NCBI GenBank assembly: GCA_963804645.1
Contig: CAWDRG010000009.1
Location: 716,693 to 780,692, forward strand
Direction of reading: 5' to 3'
DNA from: an uncultured Bacillota bacterium
Lineage (GTDB): Bacteria; Sysuimicrobiota; Sysuimicrobiia; Sysuimicrobiales; Segetimicrobiaceae
DNA length: 64,000 bases
The translations under genes were made by a program, and so were the position numbers. The notes beneath the pieces are model-generated. The model saw nothing but the letters and a program-made list of their open reading frames with translations, was not told where the DNA came from and searched no databases. Each line of letters starts with the position of its first letter. The first letter of the stretch is position 1. Positions 47,872 to 57,616 of the stretch are shown piece after piece.

Positions 47872-48483
47872 ATGGGCGGATTCGCCTCCGGGTGGCTCGA
47901 GCGCTGGTTCGAGCGCACCTACAAGATTCAGCCGATCGGCTCGGGCGGGTATATCCTGCGCATCGGGTTGATCCGTTATCGCGGTCCTCGCGTGGAGCTC
48001 GCCGACGGGACGGTCGTCACCGCGGGCGATACCGTGGGCGAGCTTCACATGGACAACGCGCGGGCGCAGGCCCTGCACCAGGAAGGGCACGGCGGCCTCA
48101 AATTCCGCCGCGAGGTCTTCCGGGCGCTGCCCGCGCTCGGGGCCGAGCTCTCGATGAAGCCGGAGTACGGACCGGTGCAGGCGTTCTGCGGTGCGAGCTT
48201 GTTCTGGCACGGGGCCGCCCGGGCCGGATTCGAGGACCGGCCGCTCCCGGCGTTCGAGCGGTGGTGGCTCACGTGGTGGGAGCGCCACTTGATGGCGAGA
48301 TACCATCCCGAGGGTCGACAGCGCCTCGACGAAGGAAATCGGACGGAACTGCGCCAGATCTGGATCAGCCGGAAGACGCTGCTGCGCTACGCGGAGGCGG
48401 CGGCGCGGCGCGGCGGGGCCGCGGACGGCGCGGCTGCCCCACAGAGTTCCGCGGAGGCCGGCGCGGACGACCGGGGCGGGTGA
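47872..48483 (+). CDS. hypothetical protein (Trp-rich, WW-ERH motifs)
   Basis: Clean ORF following the DUF77 gene. No confident family assignment. Confidence 0.45.
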   Translation: MGGFASGWLERWFERTYKIQPIGSGGYILRIGLIRYRGPRVELADGTVVTAGDTVGELHMDNARAQALHQEGHGGLKFRREVFRALPALGAELSMKPEYGPVQAFCGASLFWHGAARAGFEDRPLPAFERWWLTWWERHLMARYHPEGRQRLDEGNRTELRQIWISRKTLLRYAEAAARRGGAADGAAAPQSSAEAGADDRGG

Positions 48484-48535
48484 GCCGGCGGCGACGGTGT
48501 CGCCGGCCGCGGTGTGACGGGGACGGGCCGCTGCG

Positions 48536-49882
48536 CTACGCGGGGGCCGGTGCTTCGACCGGACGCGGCGGCGCAGCCGGCCGTGCCGTGGGGTGGCCGA
48601 TGCGCAGCGCCAGCCCGGCCGCGAGCAGGCAGAGCAGTCCGGAGCCGGTAAACGCCATCTGATAGCTCCCGAGCCAGGTGTGGACTAGCCCCGCGCCGTA
48701 CGCCGCGGTCGCGGCGCCCAGCTGGTGCGCGGCGAAGATCCATCCGTACATCACCGCGGCGTTCTCGCGGCCGAACAGATCCGCGGTGAGGCGCACGGTG
48801 GGCGGGACCGTCGCGACCCAGTCGAGCCCGTAGAAGACGGCGAACACGGCGAGCCCGATGACGCTCGGGCCGAACGAGTTCAGCCCGAACGGTAGGAACA
48901 CGAGCTGGGCGCCGAAGGCGACCGGAAGAAATACGAGCGACAGCCCCCGCAGCCCGTAGTACCAGCACAGGAGATAGCGGCTGTTCAGGCGGTCGGACAG
49001 CCATCCCGAGAACGTCGTGCCGAACATGTCGAAGACGCCGATCGCGGCGAGCAGGCCCGCGGCGGTGACCTCGGGGATGCCGACGTCCATGCACGCCGGG
49101 ATCAGGTGCGTCCCGATCAACCCGTTGGTGCTCGCGCCGCAGATGTAGAAGGTGCCGGCCAGCAGCCAGAAATCCCGCGAGCGCAGCCCCGTGCGGAGCG
49201 CACCGAACGCGGCGCCGGCCGCGCGGCGCGGCGGCGGGGGCGGCTCGGGACCGTCCGTCGGCGCGCCGAACGGCCGCAGGCCGACGTCGCGGGGGGCGTT
49301 GCGCATGAAGATCGCGACGAGCGGGATCGCGACGAGGGCCGCCGCCATGACGACCAGCGCCGCGGTGCGCCATCCGCTGGTCACGACGAGCCGGGCCAGT
49401 CCGGGGAGGAACACCAGCTGCCCGGTCGCGCCGCTCGCCGTGAGCATGCCCAGTACGAGGCCGCGGCGCTTGTCGAACCAGCGGTTCGAGATCCACGCGC
49501 CCAGCACGCCCGCGACGGCTCCCGCGCCTGTCCCGACGACGAGGCCCCAGAGGAGATAGAGCTGCCACGCCGCGTGCATCTGCGTCGTGAGTCCCACGCC
49601 GATCGCGAGCAGGGACAGCGCGCCGAGCGCGACGTACCGGGCGCCGAAGCGATCCATCAGCGCCGCCGCGAACGGCCCCAGGAATCCGTACAGCAGCAGG
49701 TTGATCGAGACGGCGAGCGACACGGTGGCCCGGCTCCAGCCGAACTCCCGCTGGAGCGGGACGATGAGCACCCCGGGCGTCGAGCGGACCCCCGCGGCGA
49801 CGAGCAGCGTGAGGAACGTCGCGCCGAAGACGATCCACCCGTAGTGGATCCGGCCGCGGGCGATCGCGGGCGCGTTGATCAT
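48536..49882 (-). CDS. MFS transporter (oxalate/formate antiporter-like, 12 TMS)
   Basis: 448 aa. MFS motifs (GPFAAALMDRFGARY), 12 TM. Confidence 0.8.
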   Translation of the reverse strand: MINAPAIARGRIHYGWIVFGATFLTLLVAAGVRSTPGVLIVPLQREFGWSRATVSLAVSINLLLYGFLGPFAAALMDRFGARYVALGALSLLAIGVGLTTQMHAAWQLYLLWGLVVGTGAGAVAGVLGAWISNRWFDKRRGLVLGMLTASGATGQLVFLPGLARLVVTSGWRTAALVVMAAALVAIPLVAIFMRNAPRDVGLRPFGAPTDGPEPPPPPRRAAGAAFGALRTGLRSRDFWLLAGTFYICGASTNGLIGTHLIPACMDVGIPEVTAAGLLAAIGVFDMFGTTFSGWLSDRLNSRYLLCWYYGLRGLSLVFLPVAFGAQLVFLPFGLNSFGPSVIGLAVFAVFYGLDWVATVPPTVRLTADLFGRENAAVMYGWIFAAHQLGAATAAYGAGLVHTWLGSYQMAFTGSGLLCLLAAGLALRIGHPTARPAAPPRPVEAPAPA

Positions 49883-49907
49883 GCCGCCGCCGTCCTCGCC
49901 GCGTCCA

Positions 49908-50522
49908 TCACGCGCCCTCCAGGGCGGCCAGCCCGAATGCCGCGACGATCCCGCCGGAGACCACGTTGATCCAGCGCATCAGCGGGGCGCCGATCCGTCG
50001 GTGGAGCGCGCCGACCGCCGTGCTGAGGCACAGCCACCACGCGGCCGACCCGAGGAACGTCCCGGCGGTCAGCAGCGCCGCGTAGGCGGCGTTGGGACCG
50101 TTCGCCGGCGCGATCGCCGTGAAGATCGCCGCGAACATGAAGATCGTCATCGGGTTGGTGATCGTCAGGAGCACCGTGGACGCGTACGCGCCGAACCGGC
50201 TGTCCGCCGGCGCCGCGCCCGCCGCCTCGGACGGGCGCGGCGCGAACGCGGTGCGCGCGCCGAGATAGAGAAGCAGCAGGCCGCCGATGAGATGGAGCGG
50301 GCGGGCGTGGTGCACGAAGAACTGCGACAGCGCGGTCAGCCCGAATCCCGCGACGGCCGCGTAGAACGCGTCCGCGGTCGCCGCTCCGAGCCCCGAGACG
50401 AACCCGATGAGGCGCCCCTGCGTCAGGCTGCGGCGGATGCACAGCACCCCGATCGGCCCGACGGGCGCCGCGATGGAGGCGCCGACCAGGAACCCCTTCA
50501 CGAGCGTGGTCAGTTCGTGCAC
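49908..50522 (-). CDS. LysE/RhtB-family amino-acid exporter
   Basis: 204 aa, six TM, family N-terminus (LVKGFLVGASIAAPVGPIGVLCI). Confidence 0.8.
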   Translation of the reverse strand: MHELTTLVKGFLVGASIAAPVGPIGVLCIRRSLTQGRLIGFVSGLGAATADAFYAAVAGFGLTALSQFFVHHARPLHLIGGLLLLYLGARTAFAPRPSEAAGAAPADSRFGAYASTVLLTITNPMTIFMFAAIFTAIAPANGPNAAYAALLTAGTFLGSAAWWLCLSTAVGALHRRIGAPLMRWINVVSGGIVAAFGLAALEGA

Positions 50523-50552
50523 GCGCGCATCCCCGGACGATGACGTACCGCG

Positions 50553-51323
50553 CTAAACGCGCGGGGTGAGGCCGGGATTCCTCGTGTCGCCGCGCGGCGC
50601 GGGATCCAGCAGCTCGCGCAGCGGCACGACCTCGAACCCGCGGGCGCGCAGCCCGGCGATCATCTCGGGGAGCGCGTGCCGCGTGTTCTCCGGCGTCGAG
50701 GGGTGTCCGCCGCGGTCGTGCAGATTCACGATCGCGCCTTCGTGCGCCGCTCGGACGACGTGCACGGTCATCCGCGCGGCGGACGCCGCCGCGGCCCAGC
50801 CCTCGGAGCGCACGGACCAGAGCACCCGCGTCTCGCCGAGCTGCCCCGCCCGCACGTAGGCCGCCCAGTTGAAGGTGCCCCACGGCGGCCGGAAGTAGTG
50901 CGGGGCGGCGCCGACCGCATCGGCGATCTCCTGGGCGCCGCGGTCCACCGCGGCGATCGACGCGCCGGGGGTGAGCGTCCACAGGTGCCGGTGGTCGAAC
51001 GTGTGGTTTCCGACGTCGTGCCCGGCCGCGGCCACGCGCCGCGCGAGCGCGGGGTGCGACGCGACCTGGCGTCCCACCATGAAAAATGCCGCGCGGACGC
51101 CGGACGCCGCCAGCACGTCGAGGATCCGGGGCGTGTGCTCCGGGTCGGGGCCGTCGTCGAAGGTGAGCGATACCTGCGCGCGGCGCGGGCCGCGTTTGAC
51201 GACGCCGACCCTCAACCCGCCGGCGAGCGTCTGGGTGCCGATCGTGTACGCGAGCGCTCCCGCCGCGAGGACGGCGGCGGCGTCGAGGCCGAGCTGGACG
51301 GGGTCGCGAAGCGTGCGGGGCAC
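50553..51323 (-). CDS. polysaccharide deacetylase (NodB/CE4)
   Basis: TFDDGP, HTFDH, RPPWG motifs. Confidence 0.85.
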   Translation of the reverse strand: MPRTLRDPVQLGLDAAAVLAAGALAYTIGTQTLAGGLRVGVVKRGPRRAQVSLTFDDGPDPEHTPRILDVLAASGVRAAFFMVGRQVASHPALARRVAAAGHDVGNHTFDHRHLWTLTPGASIAAVDRGAQEIADAVGAAPHYFRPPWGTFNWAAYVRAGQLGETRVLWSVRSEGWAAAASAARMTVHVVRAAHEGAIVNLHDRGGHPSTPENTRHALPEMIAGLRARGFEVVPLRELLDPAPRGDTRNPGLTPRV

Positions 51324-51336
51324 GCGGTTCCGCCCG

Positions 51337-52491
51337 CTAGCCCTCGACGGCTTCCATGCGCCAGCGCGTGGACGTGCCCGCGGCCAGCAACAGCAGCCCG
51401 CCGCTCAGGTAAAACGGCGAGGAGGGGTTGGCCCACTGCCACAGGTAGCCGCCGACGAGGGGACCGATCACCCCGCCCATCCCCTCGATGGTCATCGCGA
51501 TCCCGAGTCCGGCGCCGCGGACGTCGTCCGGCAGGAGGCGCAGCAGGATGCTGTTCCAGGCGGGGAGGACGAACGCGTACGCGATGCCGATCCCCAAGAA
51601 ATCGAGCAGCAGCAGCGGCAGCGACTGGCAGAACGGCAGGGCGATCAGCAGCAGCGCGACCGCGGCCAGCCCGAGGCTGTAGGTCCGCCGCCGGCCGAAG
51701 CGGTCGCCGATCCGGCCGGCGCGCGCCATCAACGCGAGCGCGGTCCCCACGCTGAGGAGCAGGAGAAGAAACAACTCGCGCTCCTCGAGCCCGCGCACGT
51801 CCTCCAGGTACGGGACGATGATCGGGATCAGCACGCCGGCCGCGATGATCTGCGGGATGATGCTGGTCGCGAGCGCCGCGAGCGCCCGCATGACGGATGG
51901 CACCAGATGGCGGATGCTGGGGGTCGCGAGCCCTTTCGGCTCCGGCGCGCGCTTCGGCACCCGGAAGCCGAGCAGGGCCGCGGCGAGCAGCGGGATGATG
52001 AATACGCCGAGCGAGATCGGATGGGCGGCCCGGCTGATGAGCGTCGCGAGCCCGATGCCGGCCCCGCCCCCGAAGAACCACGTCGAGAACACGCGCCCGA
52101 GCGCGCCGCCGACCCCGGCGCCCGCGCCTTTGGTCAGGCGGGTGAGCGCGGCCGGCCATAGCGGTGCGGCCGCCGCCCCCATGACCGCGAGCGACACGAA
52201 CACCTGCCAGGTGGCCTGCGCGAGGACGAGGGCGACGAACGCGAAGAGGTACAGCCAGAGACCCCACAGCAGCATCGAGCGGGTCCCGACCCGGTCGACC
52301 GCCCATCCCGCGGCGAGCTTGAGCGCGACCTCGGCGAAGAAGTAGGTGGAGACCGCGGCCCCGGTCGTGCCCATCGGCCATCCGAACCGGATCGTCAGGA
52401 TCGTGGGGAGGAGGACGAACAGCAGCGCGCCGTGGACGAACTCCACCATGGCGATCGTAACCGCCAGGAGATCGGTTTCGCTTCGCAGCAT
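51337..52491 (-). CDS. MFS transporter
   Basis: 384 aa, 12 TM. Start ATG overlaps the upstream glycosyltransferase stop (TGATG). Confidence 0.75.
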   Translation of the reverse strand: MLRSETDLLAVTIAMVEFVHGALLFVLLPTILTIRFGWPMGTTGAAVSTYFFAEVALKLAAGWAVDRVGTRSMLLWGLWLYLFAFVALVLAQATWQVFVSLAVMGAAAAPLWPAALTRLTKGAGAGVGGALGRVFSTWFFGGGAGIGLATLISRAAHPISLGVFIIPLLAAALLGFRVPKRAPEPKGLATPSIRHLVPSVMRALAALATSIIPQIIAAGVLIPIIVPYLEDVRGLEERELFLLLLLSVGTALALMARAGRIGDRFGRRRTYSLGLAAVALLLIALPFCQSLPLLLLDFLGIGIAYAFVLPAWNSILLRLLPDDVRGAGLGIAMTIEGMGGVIGPLVGGYLWQWANPSSPFYLSGGLLLLAAGTSTRWRMEAVEG

Positions 52492-53667
52492 CAGGGGGTC
52501 GCGGACGGCAGCGCGAGCGGCTCGTGAGACGCCACCCCGCTGCGGTTCGCGATCCGGGCGAGTTGGGCGAGTTCGTCGACGACCACTTCCGCGGCATCCG
52601 GCCGGCCGAGCCCGGCGGCCGCCTGCCGCATCGCGGCCAGACGCTCAGGATGCGTCAGCAGCGTTTCGAGCTGGACGCGCAGCGCTCGTGGGCTGGCCGC
52701 GGCGAGCGCCGCGCCGCGCTCCACGAGGAACTGGGTGTTGCCCTCCTCCTGTCCGGGAATCGGCCGGAAGATCAGCATCGGCAGCTGCTTGGCGAGCGCC
52801 TCGCTGATCGTGACCCCCCCGGCCTTCGTGATGAGCAGGTCGCTCACCGTCATCAATTCCTCGACGTTGTCGATGTAGCCAAACACCTGGACGCGGTTGT
52901 CGGACCGCGCCATTTTCGCGCGCACATCGTCCTCGAGACGCCGGTCGTAGCCGCAGACGACGAGCGCCTGCACCGGGCGCGGGAACCGGCTGAGCATGCG
53001 CACGACGTCCCCGACCCCGCCGAGCATCGCGTACGCGCCGGCCATCACGAGGATCACCGGTACATCGGGCGCGAGGCCGAACTTTGCCATCAGCCGTCCG
53101 CGGTCGAGCGGGCGGATGAATTTCCGCTCGATCGGGAGCCCGGACACGACGATGTGGTCCGCCGGGATGCCGCGCTCGATGAGGCCGTCCCGCACCAGCC
53201 CGTTCGGCACGCAGTACCGCTCCACGCACGGGTGGATCCACTGGCTGTGGGTTACATAGTCGGTGATCACGGTGAGGCAGGGGACGGACGTCCGCCCCGC
53301 GATCTTGAGGTCGGACATCGAGCCCGCGGGCGTGCAGTGGACGCAGCAGACGGCGGCGGGCTGCTCCTCGTCGAGATACCGAGCGAGGCGGTCCATCCCC
53401 ATGCGGTTGATCGCGCGCTGCACGAACGAGTCCGGACGGATGTCGCCGGTCAGCTTGTAGAACATGCCGTACATCATGGGCGCGCGCCGGACGCTCGTGA
53501 TGTACGAGAACTTGGTGACCGCGTCGAATACCGGGTGCACGAAGCGGGCGAAGTAGTCCACCATCTCCGCGCGGCCGCCGGTCCGGGCTTCCCACTCCGC
53601 GGCGATGGCTTCCCCTGCGCGCTTGTGCCCGCCGCCGTAGTTGCAGGACAGGATCGAGAGCAGCATG
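52491..53667 (-). CDS. diacylglycerol glycosyltransferase (MGDG synthase / UgtP-like, GT28)
   Basis: N-terminal MLLSILSCNYGGGH (MGDG_synth domain) and a C-terminal GT-B domain (KAGGVTISEA). Confidence 0.8.
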
Positions 53668-53671
53668 CGGC

Positions 53672-54643
53672 TCACCCGCGCGCGCGTCCCTCGTCCGTGG
53701 TGGCCGGATCGGCGCGGCGGCGGCCGGCTCCGGCGAGCGCCGGCGGCGCTGGGTGGATCACCCGGATGCGCCGCGGCAGGATCGAGAGCGTGAACACCTG
53801 GCTGGCGTCGAGGAGGCTGCCGTCGACCTGCGCCTCGCGCTTCTGATCGAGGGTGATCGTGGCTTCGGCGCACCGCTGCACGCTGAGCTCGGGAACCGGG
53901 AGGCGCCGCAGGAGGCGGGCGGTCTTCCGGAATCGGCGGCCGCCGAGCTCCTGCAAGAGGTACAGGTCGAGCAGGCCGTCCGAGAGGCTGGGGGCCGGCA
54001 GCGCCTGCAGGCGCTCCCCGTACATCCGACCGTTCGCGGCCGCGATCATGGTCGCGCCGCCGCTGTACACTTGGTCGCCCACCCGGATCTCGACCTCGAA
54101 CGGATCGAAGCCGGACGACAGGAGCGCGAGCGCCGCGACGTAGTACACGGACCGGTTGCGCGCGAGCCGGTAGCGGGCGCGCAGCGTGTTCACCATCTTT
54201 ACGACCTGCACGTCGGCGCCGAGGCCGAAAATGTGCAGGAAGTGGCGGCCGTTCACGACGCCGACGTCGATCGCGCACTCCCGGCCGCGCCGCAGGACGG
54301 CGATCGCCTTCTCCGGATCCTTCGGGATGCCGAGGGAGCGGACCATTTCGTTGCCGGTCCCGCACGGGATGATGCCGAGCGGGAGCGCCGAGCCGCTTTG
54401 GATGATCCCGTTCACGGCGCCGTTGATCGTCCCGTCGCCGCCGAGCACGACGACGCGGTCGAACTTCGACCCGTCGCGCCTGAGCGCCGCGGCGAGGAGG
54501 GTCGCCGTCGCCTCGCCCGTCGGGGACACGACGAGGTCGTAGTCATGCCCGGCCCGCTTGAGCGCGTTGGTGAGGAGCGGGAGCGCGTCGCGCGAGCGTC
54601 CCCCACCCGAACGGAGATTCGCGACGACTAATGTGGCCGGCAT
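53672..54643 (-). CDS. diacylglycerol kinase-family lipid kinase (DAGK_cat; YegS/BmrU-like)
   Basis: GGDGT motif (VVLGGDGTINGAV), GTGN. AAGGAG SD. Five nt upstream of the ugtP-like gene. Confidence 0.8.
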   Translation of the reverse strand: MPATLVVANLRSGGGRSRDALPLLTNALKRAGHDYDLVVSPTGEATATLLAAALRRDGSKFDRVVVLGGDGTINGAVNGIIQSGSALPLGIIPCGTGNEMVRSLGIPKDPEKAIAVLRRGRECAIDVGVVNGRHFLHIFGLGADVQVVKMVNTLRARYRLARNRSVYYVAALALLSSGFDPFEVEIRVGDQVYSGGATMIAAANGRMYGERLQALPAPSLSDGLLDLYLLQELGGRRFRKTARLLRRLPVPELSVQRCAEATITLDQKREAQVDGSLLDASQVFTLSILPRRIRVIHPAPPALAGAGRRRADPATTDEGRARG

Positions 54644-54948
54644 CGCATCACTCCTTCACGATGCCCGCGGGGAGACACGGCGTGGTCGAACGGGAGGCGG
54701 TCATAACCGCGCTCATTATGTTCCAGAGTGGCACGGAGTGTCAAACCACACATGCTTTATCATTCGCGCCGCACCGCGCAATCCCCCCTCAGCGCACGAG
54801 CGCCCCGCCGAGGGAAACGCAGGCGGCACGTAGAACGGGAAACACGTTGCGCGGCGCCGTTCGTCGGCACCGCATTCGAGTCGAGGCGCGGAGGTGCGGT
54901 GTGGCGTACGCAGGAGGCGCGTCCGAGTTCGGGCCGCGGCCGGTCGCG

Positions 54949-56640
54949 ATGGGGCGCCGCGGCATGGTCGCGTCCGCCAACCCGCTCGCGACGCAGGCCG
55001 GGCTGCGCATGTTCGCGCAGGGCGGGAACGCCGTGGACGCCACAGTGGCGACCGCGGCCGCCGTCACCGTCGTGGAACCGTACTTTTCATCGGCCGGCGG
55101 CATCGGGATCGCGGTGCTGTCGCTGCCGGACGGTAGTACGCGCACGCTGAACTTCATGGGCCCCAGCCCGCGCGCGGCACGCCCGGAGCAGTTCAACGTC
55201 AAGACGCAGGACAGCGGGATCCTCGCGCCCATGATCCCGGGCAACGTCGCCGGGTGGGGCCGGCTGCTCGATGAGTTTGGCAGCCTGCCGTTGGCCCAGG
55301 TGCTTGAGCCCGCGATCGAGCTGGCGGAGCGCGGGATGCCGGTGACGCTGTTCGACTATGTGCGGACGACGCAGGCGCTGGACCGGCTGACGTGGCCGGA
55401 TGCCGCGCGCACGTTTCTCCGCGACGGCCAGCCGTACCAGCCCGGGGAGATTCTGCGGCAGCCGGGCCTGGCGAGGACGCTTCGCACGCTCGCGTCGGAG
55501 GGCTGGATGGCGTTCTATCGCGGCAGCCTGGCCCGTACGATCGGCGCGTACTTCGCCGGCCACGGGGGCCTGATCACCGAAGAGGATCTGCGTACCTATC
55601 CGGACGCGATCACCTGGGAAGCGCCGGTCACGGCCCGGTACCGCGGCTTCGAGATACGGACGACGCCGCCCCCGACCAGCGCCGTGCAGGTGCTGCAGAC
55701 GCTTCGGATCCTCGAGGCGTTCGATCTCCATGACGAGGACCCGCTCGGCCCCGACGCGCTCGCGACGATCGCCGAGGCGATCCGCCTCGCGCGGATGGAC
55801 TGTCACAAATACGTCGCCGATCCCCGGTTTGTGGACGTGCCCCTCGCCTGGATGATCTCGGATGAGCGGATCGATGAGCTGCGGGCGGAGGTCGTGAAGC
55901 GTGTGAAGGCGGCGCGCCGCCGCGGCGCGCGCAACGGGAACGCCGGCCGCCGCCCTGCCGCGCGCATCCGCCGCGCCCGCCGGGCGCCGGAGCGTTCGAC
56001 GACGCATCTCGGCGCCGCGGATGCCAGCGGGCTCGCCGTCAACATCACGCAGACGGTCGGGAGCTCCTTCGGGTCGGGCGTCGTGGTCGGGGACACGGGG
56101 ATCACCATGAACAACGGGCACCATTGGTGCACGCTCATTCCCGGGGACCCGCGCGTGCTCGCGCCGGATAAGCGCCGGGAGTCGCCGACGTCGCCGGTCC
56201 ACGGGTTCGCGGTCCACGAGGCTCCGGTGGCGCCGACCCACTCGTTCAACGTCGACCCGCACGGGCCGGCGCAGGGGTCGCGGGGTCCACGCCTCGCGTT
56301 TCTGGTCGGCACGCCCGGCTCCTACAGCATTCCGCAGACCACCGCCCAGGTCATCGTCGGGCTCGTCGAGTACGGCCGGAACATTCAGGACGCCATCGCG
56401 GCGCCGAGGTTTAGATGGAAGGACGACGTCGGGGATCCGCTGCCTCCGGACACGCTGCTCTTCGAAGGACGGTTCGCGCCGGCGACCAGGCGCGCGCTGG
56501 CGGCCCGTGGGTACAAGATCGAGGTGCTCGAGGATTGGTCGATGCGGGTCGGCGGCGCCCAGGGGATCGTGTTTCGTGATGACGGTTGGCTGCAGGGCGG
56601 CGCCGATCCCAGACGCAACGGGTATGCGATGGGCTGGTAG
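54949..56640 (+). CDS. ggt: gamma-glutamyltransferase
   Basis: GGT family. Thr nucleophile context ERSTTHLGAADASGLAVNITQTVGSSFGSG. No signal peptide detected. Start is uncertain (54949 or 54964). Confidence 0.8.
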   Translation: MGRRGMVASANPLATQAGLRMFAQGGNAVDATVATAAAVTVVEPYFSSAGGIGIAVLSLPDGSTRTLNFMGPSPRAARPEQFNVKTQDSGILAPMIPGNVAGWGRLLDEFGSLPLAQVLEPAIELAERGMPVTLFDYVRTTQALDRLTWPDAARTFLRDGQPYQPGEILRQPGLARTLRTLASEGWMAFYRGSLARTIGAYFAGHGGLITEEDLRTYPDAITWEAPVTARYRGFEIRTTPPPTSAVQVLQTLRILEAFDLHDEDPLGPDALATIAEAIRLARMDCHKYVADPRFVDVPLAWMISDERIDELRAEVVKRVKAARRRGARNGNAGRRPAARIRRARRAPERSTTHLGAADASGLAVNITQTVGSSFGSGVVVGDTGITMNNGHHWCTLIPGDPRVLAPDKRRESPTSPVHGFAVHEAPVAPTHSFNVDPHGPAQGSRGPRLAFLVGTPGSYSIPQTTAQVIVGLVEYGRNIQDAIAAPRFRWKDDVGDPLPPDTLLFEGRFAPATRRALAARGYKIEVLEDWSMRVGGAQGIVFRDDGWLQGGADPRRNGYAMGW

Positions 56641-56697
56641 ACGAAGAGCGCGGCGAGGCGCTCTCGGGCACTGCACTACGCGGGCGGGGGGGCGACC

Positions 56698-56862
56698 GTG
56701 CGAGGGAACTGGGGTTTCATCGTGCTTGCCATCTACTTGATTCTGAGCGCGTTCAGAGAGTTTGGCATGTTCTTATACGTGGGCAGGTTGTTCGGCGTCC
56801 TCGCGTTTTTCGCGGGTGTCCTGATCCTGTACGAGCAGGCGCAGCAAGCACAGCAGAAGTAG
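56698..56862 (+). CDS. small hydrophobic membrane protein (54 aa, two predicted TM)
   Basis: GTG start after a G-rich SD: VRGNWGFIVLAIYLILSAFREFGMFLYVGRLFGVLAFFAGVLILYEQAQQAQQK. Below the 60-aa cut-off of the ORF track. Confidence 0.4.
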   Translation: MRGNWGFIVLAIYLILSAFREFGMFLYVGRLFGVLAFFAGVLILYEQAQQAQQK

Positions 56863-57082
56863 GGCGTCCTGCCCGGTACAACCGCGAGCGGGCCGAGATC
56901 ACCAGCGGATGTCTTCCCACGGGCCGTCCGCGCGGTGTTTGCCGGGCGGTCCGTGGGCAATCCGAAAGGGGTTCCCTTACGAAGGGATAATATGGTGCGG
57001 TATCTCTGTTCCCTGAGATCGCCCGCATCGGCTCGGAGCGGTAGCACGCGGGACCACATTCGCCATACGGGGGGGACACTGA

Positions 57083-57535
57083 ATGCAGAAGTCGATCACG
57101 AGGCTCGTCGTGTGCGTCCTACTGGTCTTTGCTACGGCAAGCATGAGCTCGGCGGCCACAATGCAGCCCTCGCTGTACGATCGTTTGGGCGGCCTGACGG
57201 CCATCAAGGCCGTGGTCGACCAGTTTGTCACGAACGTGGGTGCCGACAACAAGATCAACAAGTTTTTCACGGCGACCGTCGCGGATCCGCAGCGCCTCGC
57301 CACCTTCAAGACGAACCTCGTGAACCTGATCTGCCAGGGCACCGGCGGCCCGTGCAAGTACACCGGCAAGACCATGAAGGCTGCGCACGAGGGCATGGGA
57401 ATCACCGACGCGGACTTCAACGCGCTCGTCGGCGATCTCGTCGCCGCGCTGAACAAGTTCAAGGTGAGCGCCCAGAACCAGAAGGACCTGCTCGCGCTGC
57501 TTGGTCCCATGAAGGGCGACATCGTCGGACAGTAA
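57083..57535 (+). CDS. group I truncated hemoglobin (trHbN-like) with N-terminal signal peptide
   Basis: LYDRLGG...AIKAVVDQFVTNVGADNKINKFF...QGTGGPCKYTGKTMKAAHEGMGI matches 2/2 hemoglobin group I. Preceded by the hydrophobic signal MQKSITRLVVCVLLVFATASMSSAA. Confidence 0.8.
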   Translation: MQKSITRLVVCVLLVFATASMSSAATMQPSLYDRLGGLTAIKAVVDQFVTNVGADNKINKFFTATVADPQRLATFKTNLVNLICQGTGGPCKYTGKTMKAAHEGMGITDADFNALVGDLVAALNKFKVSAQNQKDLLALLGPMKGDIVGQ

Positions 57536-57616
57536 CCGTATCCTGGAATTCAGAGGGATGAGGCGTCCTGAGTTCCGCCCACGCGGCTCGGGGCGCCTCT
57601 CTGTTGGGCGGGCGAG

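Noticed and set aside
54631-54948. N-terminal 106-aa extension of the GGT ORF (MPAGRHGVVERE...)
   Set aside because: Not hydrophobic or signal-like and not conserved-looking. It overlaps the divergent dagK promoter region, so the start is placed at MGRRGMV/MVASANP instead.
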